A stretch of 64,000 bases of DNA from the human T2T-CHM13v2.0 reference genome, Homo sapiens: NCBI RefSeq assembly GCF_009914755.1, contig NC_060934.1; one strand, given 5' to 3'. The stretch's first letter is position 1; the number at the start of each line of letters is the position of its first letter. The translations under genes and the position numbers were made by a program. The notes beneath the pieces were generated by a model. It ran no database searches. It worked only from the letters and a program-made list of their open reading frames with translations, and was not told where the DNA came from. This document shows, in pieces, positions 28,071 through 41,000 of the stretch.

Positions 28071-28708
28071 TGGGACAACGCATTTAGGGTAGGGCCGCCT
28101 GTCGTCTGAAGCAGAAGGAAGGCATCGGGTTACCCCGGGAGGACTGTCAACCCCACAGAACGCAAAAGGACCAGTGGTTCCGGGAGAGGATGGAGCCCGT
28201 TAGTTACCTAAGCGAGCCTCTCAGCATATCACAAACTACGGAGAAAGCAAAGGCAAAAGCTCAGAAAAGCTTTTATAGTGACTGCATACAATGTCAAGTT
28301 TTCTAAGTGGCAGAAGGTGATTAACAAAACTAATAAACGAAAACCAAAGTGAAAATTTTTCAAGAATAGGAGGAATATATGTAATATGTAAGAGTCCCCA
28401 AATCAATGAGAAAAAGACTAAAATTCAATAGAAAAAAATTTCTAAGGATCCGAACAGGCATTACAGGTAAAAATAAATTAGCCTGAAAATTCAGAGAGAC
28501 AAACTGAGCCTCAAATTAAAGCAGTAATAACTTACCACTTGTCACTTACCAATCTGGCTCCAAATTAATAACATTTGCTCTACTTCAAGACAATAATTTC
28601 ATGCTGAAGTTTGGAACAGCCATTTGGCACCACATATCCTAATTGTATATGTATATTTCCTTCTGATCAAAAAATTGTTTCAGTATTTTGTTCAGTAGAA
28701 ATAATAAC

Positions 28709-29033
28709 ACAGTGGCTCATGCCTGTAATCCCAGCACTTTGGGAGACCAAGGCAGGAGGATCGCTTGAGGCAGGAGTTCAAGGCTACAGTAAGCTACGAT
28801 AGTGCCACCGCACTCCAGCCTGGACAACATGGCAAAACCCTAACTCTTACCAAAAAAAAAAAAAAAAAAAAAATTAGCCAGGCATAGTAGCCCATGCCTG
28901 AGGTGGGAGGATCAGTTGAGCCTGAGAGGTAGAGTCTGAAGTAAGCCAGGATCGTGCCACTGTACTCTAGTCTAAGTGACAGAGTAAGAGTATTCTGTCT
29001 CTAAAGTCTCAGAGTAAGTACTCTCTTGTCTCT

Positions 29034-29035
<2 letters not shown>
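28709..29035 (+). mobile_element. Atypical Alu dimer (FRAM-like monomer plus deleted right arm)
   Basis: First monomer contains right-arm sequence (ggctacagtaagctacgatagtgccaccgcactcc); A-rich linker; second monomer lacks the tagtcccagctact segment. Confidence 0.75.

Positions 29036-29067
<32 letters not shown>
29036..29067 (+). repeat. (AC)n microsatellite
   Basis: Read directly from the sequence. Confidence 0.95.
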
Positions 29068-29068
<1 letters not shown>

Positions 29069-29508
29069 GAAATAGTATGAAAATATTGCTACACTGTGAC
29101 ACCAAAAACTGGAGCAACTTAAATGTTTATAAATAAGGGACTCAAAAAGAAACATCTGCTATCTATAAGATAGACTAAGATTCAACTGTTATACACATAT
29201 GATTTGTATGCACTGATACAGAAAAATGTTTACACAATACATGTATTTTTAGCTTTTCTGAGGTTTTTTAAAAGTACAGAGAAATATAAGGACTTTAATA
29301 CATGAAACACAGGTATTCTCACCAGGAAGAATCAATAATTGTGAAGAATGGACAATGTTTTTAAATTGCGATTCACAAACATTACGGCACGTTTTGACAC
29401 CTGTCCCCCATTCCATTCCTCTTCCCTCCTCCCCGTCCAGAGGTTGCCACCATCAGGAATTAAATGTATGTGTTTCTGGCCATTTGAAAAATAATGTCAT
29501 GAATAATA

Positions 29509-29840
29509 CAGGGCTGTGGTCTACAGTGCTTTTCCTGTAAAGGACTAGATAAATGTCTTAGGCTTTGCAAACTGTATAATCTTTGTCACAGCTACTCAAT
29601 TCTGCCCTGTAACAAAAGCAGCCCATAGACAGTATGTTAAATAATGGGCTTGGGCTTGGCTGTGTTCCAATAGAATTTCATATAGGAACATGGAAATCAA
29701 ATTTTATATAACTTTTATGTGTCATGAAATATTATTCTTTAAAAACATATATCCAGCCATTTAAAAATATAAAAACTACTCTCAGCATATAGGCTGTGCA
29801 CACACAGATGGTGGGCCAGTTTTAGTTGTAGTTTGCCGAC
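29509..29840 (+). mobile_element. MER58B-like hAT-Charlie MITE
   Basis: ttcctgtaaagg...ttaggctttgc...ggctgtgttccaata...gtagtttgccgac. Confidence 0.75.
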
Positions 29841-29904
29841 AGTTGATAGAGTAGTCTTTGGTGCAGTCTTGTGAAGTAAAGAAAAATGGTATTATATTTT
29901 CTTC

Positions 29905-30989
29905 TTAAATTTATTTTTTATTTCAATAGGTTTTAGGGGAACAGGTGGTGTTTGGTTACATGAGTAAGTTCTTCAGTGGCGATTTCTGAGATTTTGGTGC
30001 ACCCATCACCCAAGCAGCGTACACTGTACCCAATGTGTAGTCTTTTATCCCTCACCCCTTTCCCACCCTTTCTCCCAGGTCCCCAAAGTCCATTGTGTCA
30101 TTCTTATGCCTTTGCATCCTCATAGCTTAGCTCCCACTTATCAGTGAGAACATACAATGTTTGGTTTTCCATTTCTGACTTACTTCACTCAGAATAATGG
30201 TCTCCAATTCCATCCAGGTTGCTGAGAATGCCATTATTTCATTCATTTTTATGGCTGAGTAGTATTCCGTGGTGTATAAATATACCATACTTTCTTGATC
30301 CACTCGTTGATTGATGGGCATTTGGGCTGGTTCCATATTTTTGAAATTGCAAGTTGTGCTGCTATAAACACACATATGCTAGTATCTTTTTCATATAATG
30401 ACTTCTTTTCATCTGGGTAGATACCTAGTACTGGGATTGCTGGATCAAATGGTAGATCTTCTTTTATTTCTTTCAGGAATCTCTACACTGTTTTCCATAG
30501 TGGTTGTACTAGTTTACATTCCCACCAACAGTGTAAAAGTGTTCCCTTTTCACAACATCCACACCAACATCTATTTTTTTAAAATTTTTTAATTATAGCC
30601 ATTCTTGCAGGAGTGAGGTGGTATCACATCGTGGTTTTGATTTGCATTTCCCTGATCATTAGCGATGTTGAACATTTTTACCTATGCTTCTTGGCCATTT
30701 GTATATCTTCTTTTGAGAATTGTCTGTTCATGTCCTTAGCCCACTTTTTGATGGGATTGTTTTCTTCTTGCTGATTTGTTTGAGTTCTTTGTAGATTCTG
30801 GATATTATTAGTCCTTTGTCAGATGTATAGATTGTGAAGATGTTCTCCCGCTCTGTGGGTTTTCTGTTAACTCTGGCAATTATTTATTTTGCTGTGCAGA
30901 GTCTTTTCAGTTTAATTAAGTCCCAGATATCTATCTTTGTTTTGGTTGCATTTGCTTTTGGGTTCTTGATTATAAAGTCTTTGCCTAAG
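29905..30989 (-). mobile_element. L1PB/L1MA 3' end, 5'-truncated
   Basis: Reverse 3'UTR and ORF2 C-terminus; TSD approximately aaaa(c)atggYattatattttct. Confidence 0.9.
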
Positions 30990-31002
30990 AAAACATGGCA
31001 TT

Positions 31003-31310
31003 TGGCTAGGCACAGTGGCTCATGCCTGTAATCCCAGCATATTGGGAGTCCAGGAGGCAGATCACCTGAGGTCAGGAGTTCGAAACGAGCATGGCCAACA
31101 TGGTGAAACCTCACCTCTACTAAAAATACAAAAAGTAGTTGGGTGTGGTGGCACATGCCTGTAGTCTCAGCTACTCAGGAGGCTGAGGCAGGAGAATTGC
31201 TTGAACCTGGGAAGCAGAGGTTGCAGTGAGCTAAGATTACACCACTGTACTCTAGCCTGGGAGACAGAGTGAGACTGCATCTCAAAAACAAACAAACAAA
31301 AAAACAAAAA
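31003..31310 (+). mobile_element. AluS
   Basis: Dimer; TSD aaaacatggcatt. Confidence 0.92.
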
Positions 31311-31319
31311 CATGGCATT

Positions 31320-32230
31320 ATATTTTCTGTACTTAGCAGTTTGTACTTGTGTTTTACCCTCAGTTTTATGTTTGTGAGAAATATTCATGAATAGATAGAT
31401 GACTAGCTAGCTAGATACATAGATATATAGAAACATAGATGAGTGAATGTATAGAAAAACAGATGATAGATAGATACATACATACATAGATCAGTCTAGC
31501 TCATTCTTTTTAACTCCTGTATAGCATTGCATCCGATTGAGTAATAGTCTACATTTTATTTATCCATTCCGTTTACATATGAACATTTGTGGGTTTTTTT
31601 CCAGTTTTCCCACTTCTACTCTGAGCTCTGAACATTCATATATCCACCTCCATGTGCCTATGTACAAGGGTTTCTCTCCAGCACCCAAACTAGGAATGAC
31701 ATTGCTGGGTCATAGAGAATGATCATATTCTTTTGATTAGACATGGCAACTGATCTCCAAAGTAGCTACAATTTTATGCCCACTAGCAGTGGAGGAGTGA
31801 GGGATTCTCAACTTTTGTTATTACAGGAGGACTTTTAAATATTTTCCAGTCTAGATGACCATGGAATGGTACCTCATTTTGTTTTCATTTGCATTTTCCT
31901 GACTTTTAGTAAGGCTGATCATCCTTTCCTGTTTGTGGACCATTCACTTTTTTCTTTCTGTGAAGTGCCAGTTTATATTCTTTGCTCATTCTCTTGTTTA
32001 GTTATTAGTTTCATTGATTCATAATTCATATATTTTTGCCTACTGATTCTCTTTCCCACATAAATGTGGCAAGTATCATCTTCCAATATTTTTCTAGTCT
32101 TTCAACTCTGTTAATTGGGATTATTGTCCATCTGGAATTTATTCTTGTTTATACAGTGGCAGAGATACTTTTCTTATTTCAATATGAAAAGCCACTTGCC
32201 CCCACAGCACTTACTGAGCAATCCATTTCT
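31320..32230 (-). mobile_element. Old L1ME-type fragments with a GATA-like simple repeat at ~31390-31490
   Basis: ggtacctcattttgttttcatttgcattttcctga; gtccatctggaatttatt. Confidence 0.6.
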
Positions 32231-32539
32231 TCCCGGTGATTTATAGTTCCACCTCTGCAATAATAAAACCTGACTTGGCCCAAGGGACCAACATTGTCTG
32301 GCCCCTGATTGCTTCTCCAATCTCAGCATCTCCTGCCTCCCCATGCTCCTCAACCTGCAGACACACCAACTTCCTGTCCTGTGAACACACCCAGCATTTT
32401 CAGTCTTGCCATTGCATTTCCTCTTCCTGGAATGCTCTTCCCACAGTGCTTCACTTGGCTGCCTTCTTCTCATTACTCAGATGAGAGTATTGTATGCTAT
32501 CGCAGTAAACATGCAAATAAGATGTCGCATGCAGTAAAC

Positions 32540-32768
32540 ATGCAGCCAAACCAAAGATAGATAGCTGGGACTTAATTAAACTGAAAAGCTTCTGCACAGC
32601 AGAAGAAATAATCAGCAGAATTAACAGAAAACCCACAGAGCGGGAGAAAATCTTCACAATCTATATATCCAACAAAGGACTAATATCCAGAATCTACAAA
32701 GAACTCGAACAAATCAGCAAGAAAAAAACAAACAATCCCATCAAAAAGTGGGCTGAGGACATGAATAG
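32540..32768 (+). mobile_element. L1 fragment that is an inverted copy of 30724-30951
   Basis: Reverse-complement match to the neighbouring L1; no polyA or TSD. Confidence 0.85.
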
Positions 32769-34293
32769 TTCCAGTACCACATCCTCAGAGACACAAGCCC
32801 TAAGCCACCAGTTCTGTCTACTCATTGTCATTCACTCTCCCATTACCCCTTTACATTGTCTTCATAGTGCTTACCACTATCTGAGATGATCGTATTGGCA
32901 TGTTTACTGCAATAGTATACAATACTATATAGGAGTTAAAAATCTATGTTTTTATATAGGTATTATCTACCCTTTGAGAATATACATAGATTCCACAGAG
33001 ATGTTGTCTGCTTCACCTCTGCATTTTCCAGTGCCAAAAACATAGTAGATCATCAGTGTTTGATGAATGAATAACCAAGTTCCCATCTATTCATTCAAAA
33101 ATTTGTCAAGGGTACATTGTTCAGTATGATCCCACTTTTCTTTAAAAGTCAAATATTCTATGCATGGATGTGTATGTGTGATTGTGATTGTGCTTGTGTG
33201 TGTATGTATTGACACTAACCTATGAGTGATGGTTATCTTGAAAGCAAGGAATATACAGGTGTCATTGGCTTTTATATTTTCATGGAGTATATTTCTGAAT
33301 CGTTTGAGCCTTTACCATGAGTATTAGTACATCTGTGATCTGAAAAGGGGAAAACCTAAAGATAAACTGAAAAGATGTATAAGTCAACCCGGGAACTTTA
33401 GATGGGTGGTATCAATACAATTGATTTGACTCATCCTCCATTTCTGGCCTTTGAAGCTATCTCTCTGAAATTGGCAGCTTTTGGTTCTTTTTTTTTTCTT
33501 CATGGGAATATGCATTTCAGAGCAGGAGTGAGGGGATGTGGAATATGGTGGACACGTGGGCTGTAAGCAGATTTTTCTAATCTTTTAGCCTAGTGAAATG
33601 AGAGGAATTACACGAAGTGAGGAGAGATCGCCCTGGGACAGAAGAGAAGAGTTGTAACTCACACAGGTGTGACCAAACATTTTGGCAGACAGGATAATTT
33701 TTGAAAACTATGTATAAAGCCCCTGACCCAGTAGAGAAAACAGTAGGTTTCCCTACAACCTTCAGTCATCACTTTAAGTTTGTCTCCTTGGAGATTTTCT
33801 TAAAGCTGTTGCAGGAGCTATCCAGACCTTTTTAATCATGAAAAGGGTAGAAGAAATCCTTAACCATTTGTTTATAATCTTTATCATAGTCAAATTTATG
33901 CTATAAAAGTTTCTAATTGGAATGATGCATCTGAGAACAGGGAATACTCGTATGTATAATTCAAAATAAAACAGCCTTGGCCAGAGAACTCCTTGTCTAC
34001 AAGAAACAAATCCAAGAAAAGGACCTGGATTGATTTTTATATCACAGAAAATTAAACTTCCAAATGTATGGCTCCCAATACTCCAAAACCACTCTGAAAA
34101 ACCTTTAAAGAATATCACAGTTTTCCTTACGATGTTCGAGAGATGTGTTATTTTGATTAAATGAGTATTTTATGATCTATATCACGTATGCATACTATAT
34201 ACAAATATGTGCATGCTTACACGCACATTAAATAATTTTCTTATCTTTACCTGATAGATCAAATATAAATACCCTGCCCTCCACACCTGAAGA

Positions 34294-34594
<301 letters not shown>

Positions 34595-36029
34595 TGAAGA
34601 TCTTGACCCCACAGCCTGAGCTCTAGGTATTGGTTGGGCTTCCTTTCCATTTGGGTTAACTTTCTTTCTGTTCCCTGTTGAGTCTCATTCCATGGCCTTC
34701 TTTCAGACATTTCTTTGGTGAAATTCCTTTTTTCCTTGTTTGCCAACTTGTTCAAATCACTCCTTAAAAGCCCATTTTAAAAGGTAGGGCTCAAAACTAT
34801 CTTTTCAAATTGAAATTCTTTGAGATTATTGTTTCAAAATTTTCAAACAGTACAAAGTAACAAAACTTGTATAGAGAACTGTATAAGGTAGCAAGTGAAA
34901 GGCCATTAGAATACAACTCCCTGGACTTAGTCACTGTTCAGTTTGGTAAACTCATTCAGAATTTAAGAAGCTTGTAGACTATTCCTCTAGTTCATAGTGA
35001 AATAAACTATTCTTTCCTGGAAATCATGAAACTTCCCTTTTAAATTATTTGTTCATATCGCTATTTAAATATTAAGTTTCATATATAATCGAATACTATA
35101 ATAACAAAGCTAAGTGAGCTAAATGCATGCTTTTAGAGTTTTAATAATCATTTTCATAAACATGGGCTTGTAATAGCAACAGTACAGATTATATTAGTCT
35201 GCCTATTGTATAGTTTTCCTGATCCGGATGAGAATATAAATTTTCTGCTGTAATTATTTTCATGTCTAGACTGTCTTCCTTAAGAACAGAGATCACATTT
35301 CTAACTTCCTGTCTTGAATAACCGATAGTGCCTAGCCAGTGTTCTTCAGACAGTTGCTTGGTAGTAAATATGAATGGCTTTTCCACATCACATACTATCA
35401 TTCAGAATGTTTTTCACATATAAATTGACTAAGTAGTATGTATGATTTGGTCAGGAAATACCTATGGATTATACGATGCAAATAATATTTTGGATATAAT
35501 GCAAGGGAAATTGGGAGTTGAGAAATGAAAGAATTATCTCTTCCAAGGGAAATGATAAGTTATCTGTGCCAGATCAGATTAAAAACAAAAACAAAACCCC
35601 CAAGTATGATGCAACAGTGTGACACACAGAGCTGGTTACAGTGGATTGTATTGACTGAGACAACGTTGACCTCATCTTCTGCAACTGACTTCACTACATC
35701 CAATAGAGGCTGGAACAGTTTTTTCTCTCATCTGTCCATCCCAGAGACAGACATGCACACACGCACACATAGGCATGCTCAAACACACAGACACACCATT
35801 CTTCAGCTCCAACCTTTTATGTTGTACTCTCTGAAAATCCTCCCCCAAAACACAAAAGCCCCCCATTGATTCAAGCACATGAGTCCTTATTTTGAACACC
35901 TGAAGCCTTCTTCACTTTCTGCTGTTACAGCACTTAAGACCAGATTAGAACTGCCAGGCACTACTATCCCATCAAAGTTGAATATTGTGAGATCAGAGGA
36001 TGTCTGTCTTGCTCACTATTTTTACCTAA

Positions 36030-36580
36030 TATAATGGTAACCCCATTAACCAAGCCAGAACCTTGGAATGCATCCTTGACGATCACCAATCTTGCACTCC
36101 CATATTTCAATGAGTCATCAATTCTTGTTGATGCTTCCTTTTGTTATCTCCCAAATCCATCTACTTCTTTCCATCCCTGTTGCCACTTCCCTAGTTATGG
36201 TCAACATTTTCTTTAGCCTCTGTTGCTGTGACAGCTTCCTGACCAGTCTGCCTTCCTCCAGCATTGCCACCTTCAAATCCATTCTCTATCCTGAAGCCAG
36301 AGTTATTTCTCAAATGCACCTGTTTCTTAGGTGCACACTACTGCACCTGCTAATTTTTTTAGTAGGGATAGGGTCTTGCTACATTGTCCAGAGTTGTTTC
36401 TTTCCAGAGTTGTTTCTCAAATCTCAACTTTTCTCAAATGCGAAACCAGGTTTACAAAACCCTTCCCCTGTCAGTATCATCTTTGTCACTCTCAACCACG
36501 ATGGTTTTCTTTCAGCTTTCTTCGTACTTGAATCTTTCATACTTTCTTTCACCTCTAGATTTTTTTCACACTTGGAATAA
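36030..36580 (+). mobile_element. L2 fragment with an internal insertion
   Basis: caagccagaaccttggaatgcatccttgac...agcttcctgaccagtctgcc...aaatccattctc. Confidence 0.65.
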
Positions 36581-37229
36581 TTACCTAGGATCACATATCG
36601 TAGTCATAGGTACAGCTGGGGAAATGAGAACTCTCAATATGGCTTCAATGTCAACTTCTGATGGCCAGGAACACAGCATGCTTCTGTTTAGTACCCAATC
36701 ATTTATTTGCTTCAAGAAGTAATGAAAACCTCTCAGCATGGGCATCTCAGGAAGGTGACTCACTGACATAAATTTCTTCAATATGACCTCAAAGGAGTGC
36801 TTTTAAATACAGGATAGGATTGGGTTTCACGATGAAGGCTGTATAAATTTGCCTCCCAATAACACTTGAAAATGTATTTACACTGCCTCCTGTTACATGG
36901 TCTTATATTTCTAAGAATCTCATGCCTGCTGCCAAAAGATATAGTAAAGGGTCCCAACCATTCACCTAACAGAACAGTTCGTATTATGGTTTTTGTTGTT
37001 GTTGTTGTTTGTTTGTTTTTTTAAAGTCACCATTCCCAATGTTACACAAAATAGGTACCCCAGAATTCAAACCTTCTGTGTCTGTAATTTATCCTTAGGG
37101 AAGATTAACACTCGAGAGGAAATTATTCTATGGGAGATCTTCTTAAATCCTACCTAAACAGGTAGGGCCATGCTATAGGCTGAACAAAGGCAAAAGGTTA
37201 CTTATCCAACTTCCTGTCTGGTAATCCTA

Positions 37230-39105
37230 TTATTTCATGACTCCACTTTGCCATTCTGCCACTACTCTGAATTTCCTTTTGCTCCCAACCTTCTCTTTGA
37301 CCTCCTCAACCTCAGATGGTGACTTTGCTTGTTGTTTCAATGAGAAAATGCAAGCAATGAGAAAAGATCATTTTCTTCCTCCTGCCATCCAATCCAGCAG
37401 CTCATCCTCAGTTGTTTCCTGACTCTGCCTGCCCTCCTGCCACTGCAGATGAAATGCGTTTCTGCTGCTCTAAGGCCAGTCCTTCCACTTGTAGAGGAAT
37501 CCCCTGCATTTCCCTCCACTCAGAAATTGGTTCCTGACTATGGTCTCTCTCTCTTACAGTCATCTGAACTTGATAATTCCTATTAGACTATAATCAAGCT
37601 ATAATACCTTCTTAACTATTAAATTTCTCTGGTCCCATATATAGCCAAACTTTAAAAATTGCTACACACACTTACTCTCTCCCATTGGCTATCTCCCATT
37701 CTCTCTTGACACACTCCACTGTAACTGGATTTTTCAGTCATCAATAACCTTCAGCTGCCAAATCAAATGTTCTAAATTTCCATCCTCATTTCACTTCACC
37801 TCACAAGACTTTCTTTATTGGCTTCATGGCTTTCTTTTACCTAACTGGTGGCTCCTTCCTTGTGTTTTGTACACATCCTCCTCAAATCCCCGGTATTTCT
37901 GTAAATGTCATGGTGCCCCAGGAGTCAATCTCAAACTCATTCTCACCTCTTTTCTGCTCTTGTGTCTTGGCCTCACTTTGCCTCTCTCCTCTTCTCTTCA
38001 TCCACACTCACTCCCTAAGTCATGGCCTTAAATATTATCTTTGTATTCAGACATCTTGCCTGAGCTCTCAGTTTATTTATCCAAGTGCCCATTCGACATC
38101 TGTTGGGAGGTCTAATAAGCATCTTAAATTTCACATATCTGGACTCAACCCTGGGTATTTCATCTAAGACATGCTCCTTACCCACTGTTCTCTAAGTCTT
38201 ATTCCTTCAGTTCCTTAGGCCAAAATTTCCTCTTTTTTTGCACTCTTCATCTGATCCATAATGATAACCTACTAATTGCATTTCCAAATAAAGCCCCAAA
38301 CCACCCATTTCTCAGCTCTAACTGCTACCACTCAATCCCAGCCATACTTCCCTTTCACCGGAAAGGGAACGGTCTTCTACCTAGTCTCCTTGCTTGCTTG
38401 CTTGCTTCTGCTCTTCCTTGTCTATAGTCTGTTTTTCAACAAAATCTAAGCTGATCCATTTTTTTCCCTCCTGTCACTCACTCTGTCAGGCTGGAGTGCA
38501 GTGACACAATTATAGCTCACTGCATCCTCTAACTCCTGGGCTCAAGTGGTCTTCCCACATCAGCCTTCCTAGTAGCTGGACTACAGGTGCACACTACTGC
38601 ACCTGCTAATTTTTTAACTTTTTTGTAGAGATAGGATCTTGCTACATTGCCCAGACTGGTCTCAAAGTCTTGGTGTCAAGTGGTCCTCCTGCCTTGGTCT
38701 TCCAAAGTGCTGGGATTACAGATGTGAGCCCCCATGACTGACCAAAACTGATCTTTTAAAAAACATAATTCAAATTATGTTACTTCCTTACTCAAAACCC
38801 ACCATTGGCTACCCACCACTCTTAGAATAAAATCCCAAATCCTGACCCTGGCCATGAAGATACTATACCATCTTGCTTATACCTGGCCTTCTGGCCTAAT
38901 TTCCTATCACTCTTGCCCCGATTTGCTTTTCTCTAGCTCAGCGACCTTTCTCCATTTCTCAAGCACACCCACATCTCCAGACTCTAACACTGACACTCCT
39001 ACAACCTAGAACATGTCTCCCTTGGATACCACCTGGCTCCTTTCCTCACTCAAATTAGGTCCTTGCTCAGATATCACCTCCTCAGTGAAAGTTCTTGTGA
39101 CCACC
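37230..39105 (+). mobile_element. L2, interrupted by an AluJ
   Basis: gccaaatcaaatg; tctaataagcatcttaaattt; ctcaaaacccaccattggct; ctcagatatcacctcctcag. Confidence 0.65.
38460..38743 (-). mobile_element. AluJ (diverged)
   Basis: Reverse dimer. Confidence 0.88.
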
Positions 39106-39106
39106 T

Positions 39107-39930
39107 GTGGTACAAAAAATAATACCGCTCAAGAGGGCTACATCTGAATCTCCCAAAACTGACTATATTAGGCTACGTGGCAAAGAGGGACTGGACTGAG
39201 ATTGCAAATGGAATTAAGGTTGCTAATCAGCTGATCTCAAAATGGTACATTATCTTGGATCATACATTTGGACCTAATGTAATGATAAGGATACTATCAG
39301 GTGGAAGAAGAGGCCAAAAAAGGAGACCCAGAGATAGGGCAGTGGAAGAAGATGTTGCTGCTTTTGACAAAGGAAAGGATCCCAGAGCCAAGGAATGTGG
39401 GTCACCTGTAGGAGCTGGAAAAGGCAAGGAAATAAATAGGTTCTCCCAAGAGCTTCCAGAAGGAATGCAGCTCTGCCAACACCTTGATGCTAGCCCAGGG
39501 AGACCCATTTTAGACTTTGGATGCCAGAACTATAAGATAATCAAGGCTAGGTGCAGTGGCTCACACCTTTAATCCCAGCACATTGGGAGGCCGAGATGGG
39601 TGGATCACCTGAGGTCAGCAGTTCGAGAGCAGCCTGGCCAACATGGTGAAATCCCGTTTCTACTAAAAATACAAAAATTAGCCATGTGTGGTGGTGGGTG
39701 CCTGTAATCCCAGCTACTCAGGAGGCTGAGGCAGGAGAATTGCTTGAACCTGGGAGGTGGAGGTTGCGGTGAGCCTAGATTGTGCCACTACACTCCGGCC
39801 TCGGTGACAGAGTGAGTTTCCTTCTAAAAAAAAAAAAAAGGAAAGAAAAAGAAAAAAAAGATAATCAGTTTGTGTTGTTTAAAGCCACTAAGCATGTGGT
39901 AATTTGTCATAGTAGCAATGGAAAGCAAAT
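39107..39930 (+). mobile_element. MLT1 (MaLR) LTR, interrupted by an Alu
   Basis: tgtggt...gccaaggaatgtggg...tgtgttgtttaaagccactaag...taatttgtcatagtagcaat. Confidence 0.8.
39545..39858 (+). mobile_element. AluS
   Basis: Dimer; TSD aagataatca. Confidence 0.92.
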
Positions 39931-39956
39931 GGCCTGCCCAAGCTAAAATAAATGTG

Positions 39957-39964
39957 CACACACC

Positions 39965-39995
<31 letters not shown>
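39957..39995 (+). repeat. (CA)n microsatellite
   Basis: Read directly from the sequence. Confidence 0.93.
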
Positions 39996-39996
<1 letters not shown>

Positions 39997-40689
39997 ATTC
40001 TCTGTCCTCTTGACCTTCGCTTTCTTTTCTTCCACTTGTCGCTGGCTGTTCCTATGAACCCCATCCGACGGGACAAAATCTTAGGCTTTGTTAGTGGACG
40101 TACTCCACGTCAAGAACAGCATCTGCCTGTGCAGGGTTGCAAATAGTAGCCCCTGAAATTTAATTTTACCATTTGCTAATGCTAAGCTTTATTTTCAACT
40201 CTCTTTTCCCCCCTTAGATGACATTTTTATAAGTAAAAGTGTGTTAAAGTGTGTAATGATTTAATAATATGTCACCTGAGGAACCAGAGTGAAAGGAAGA
40301 AGGTCATCCAGTCTTCCCAGGTAATCTTTGTGGTAAAGAATGGATAATCTATCACAGGAATAGAGAAATGAAAAGAAAAGAGAAAAAAAATTTCCAGTGG
40401 AGACCAGGTGGAACAGGTTGGGGGACTGAGTGTTGGTATAAACGTCTCACTCATATCTTTGAATCTGTTCACAAAAACATCCTCTCCTTGCCATGTGTCT
40501 ATTCATAAGTGAAGGGGTTGACACTGTAGCCCCCAATAACTGTATATTTGAACTGAGTGTCCTAAAAACCTGTCCTGCAAAATTAAAAAAAAAGTTTTAA
40601 TCACATTTCCCAAAGACAATCTGTTTGTGTGCATTTCCTTTCTCATGCTCTTTTAAAGATGGTAGATACAATTTCGATAGGTGCAGTTA

Positions 40690-41000
40690 AGTAAAGTTTT
40701 CCATAGTTAAACAAATTGGCACAGCAAACCTCCTAGGCATGGTTTGGCCTACAAAATATGTTAAATAATAAATGTCAATTTCAGGTGGAAGCTGTAGCAG
40801 ACAGTGTGCAATTAGACACACCCCTTTTCCAATTAGGGTGATCTCAGACACCCGTGCCAATAAGGAGTCTCCATGAAGCTGGGTCCCTGTGTGGCTTGAA
40901 CTGGCCAAGCCTCCCTATCAAATCACACTGAACATACAGTGTGAGCAAGAAATAAACCTTAGATGCTTTAAGCCAAAGATACGAGGTTGTTTCTACAGCC
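40690..41000 (+). mobile_element. MLT1-type LTR remnant
   Basis: 3' end tgtgagcaagaaataaacctt...ttaagcca...ggttgtttctacagc. Confidence 0.55.

Noticed and set aside
38348-38369. 9-bp hairpin ttccctttc-accg-gaaagggaa in L2
   Set aside because: Short enough to arise by chance; cannot be shown to be an insertion without a consensus alignment.
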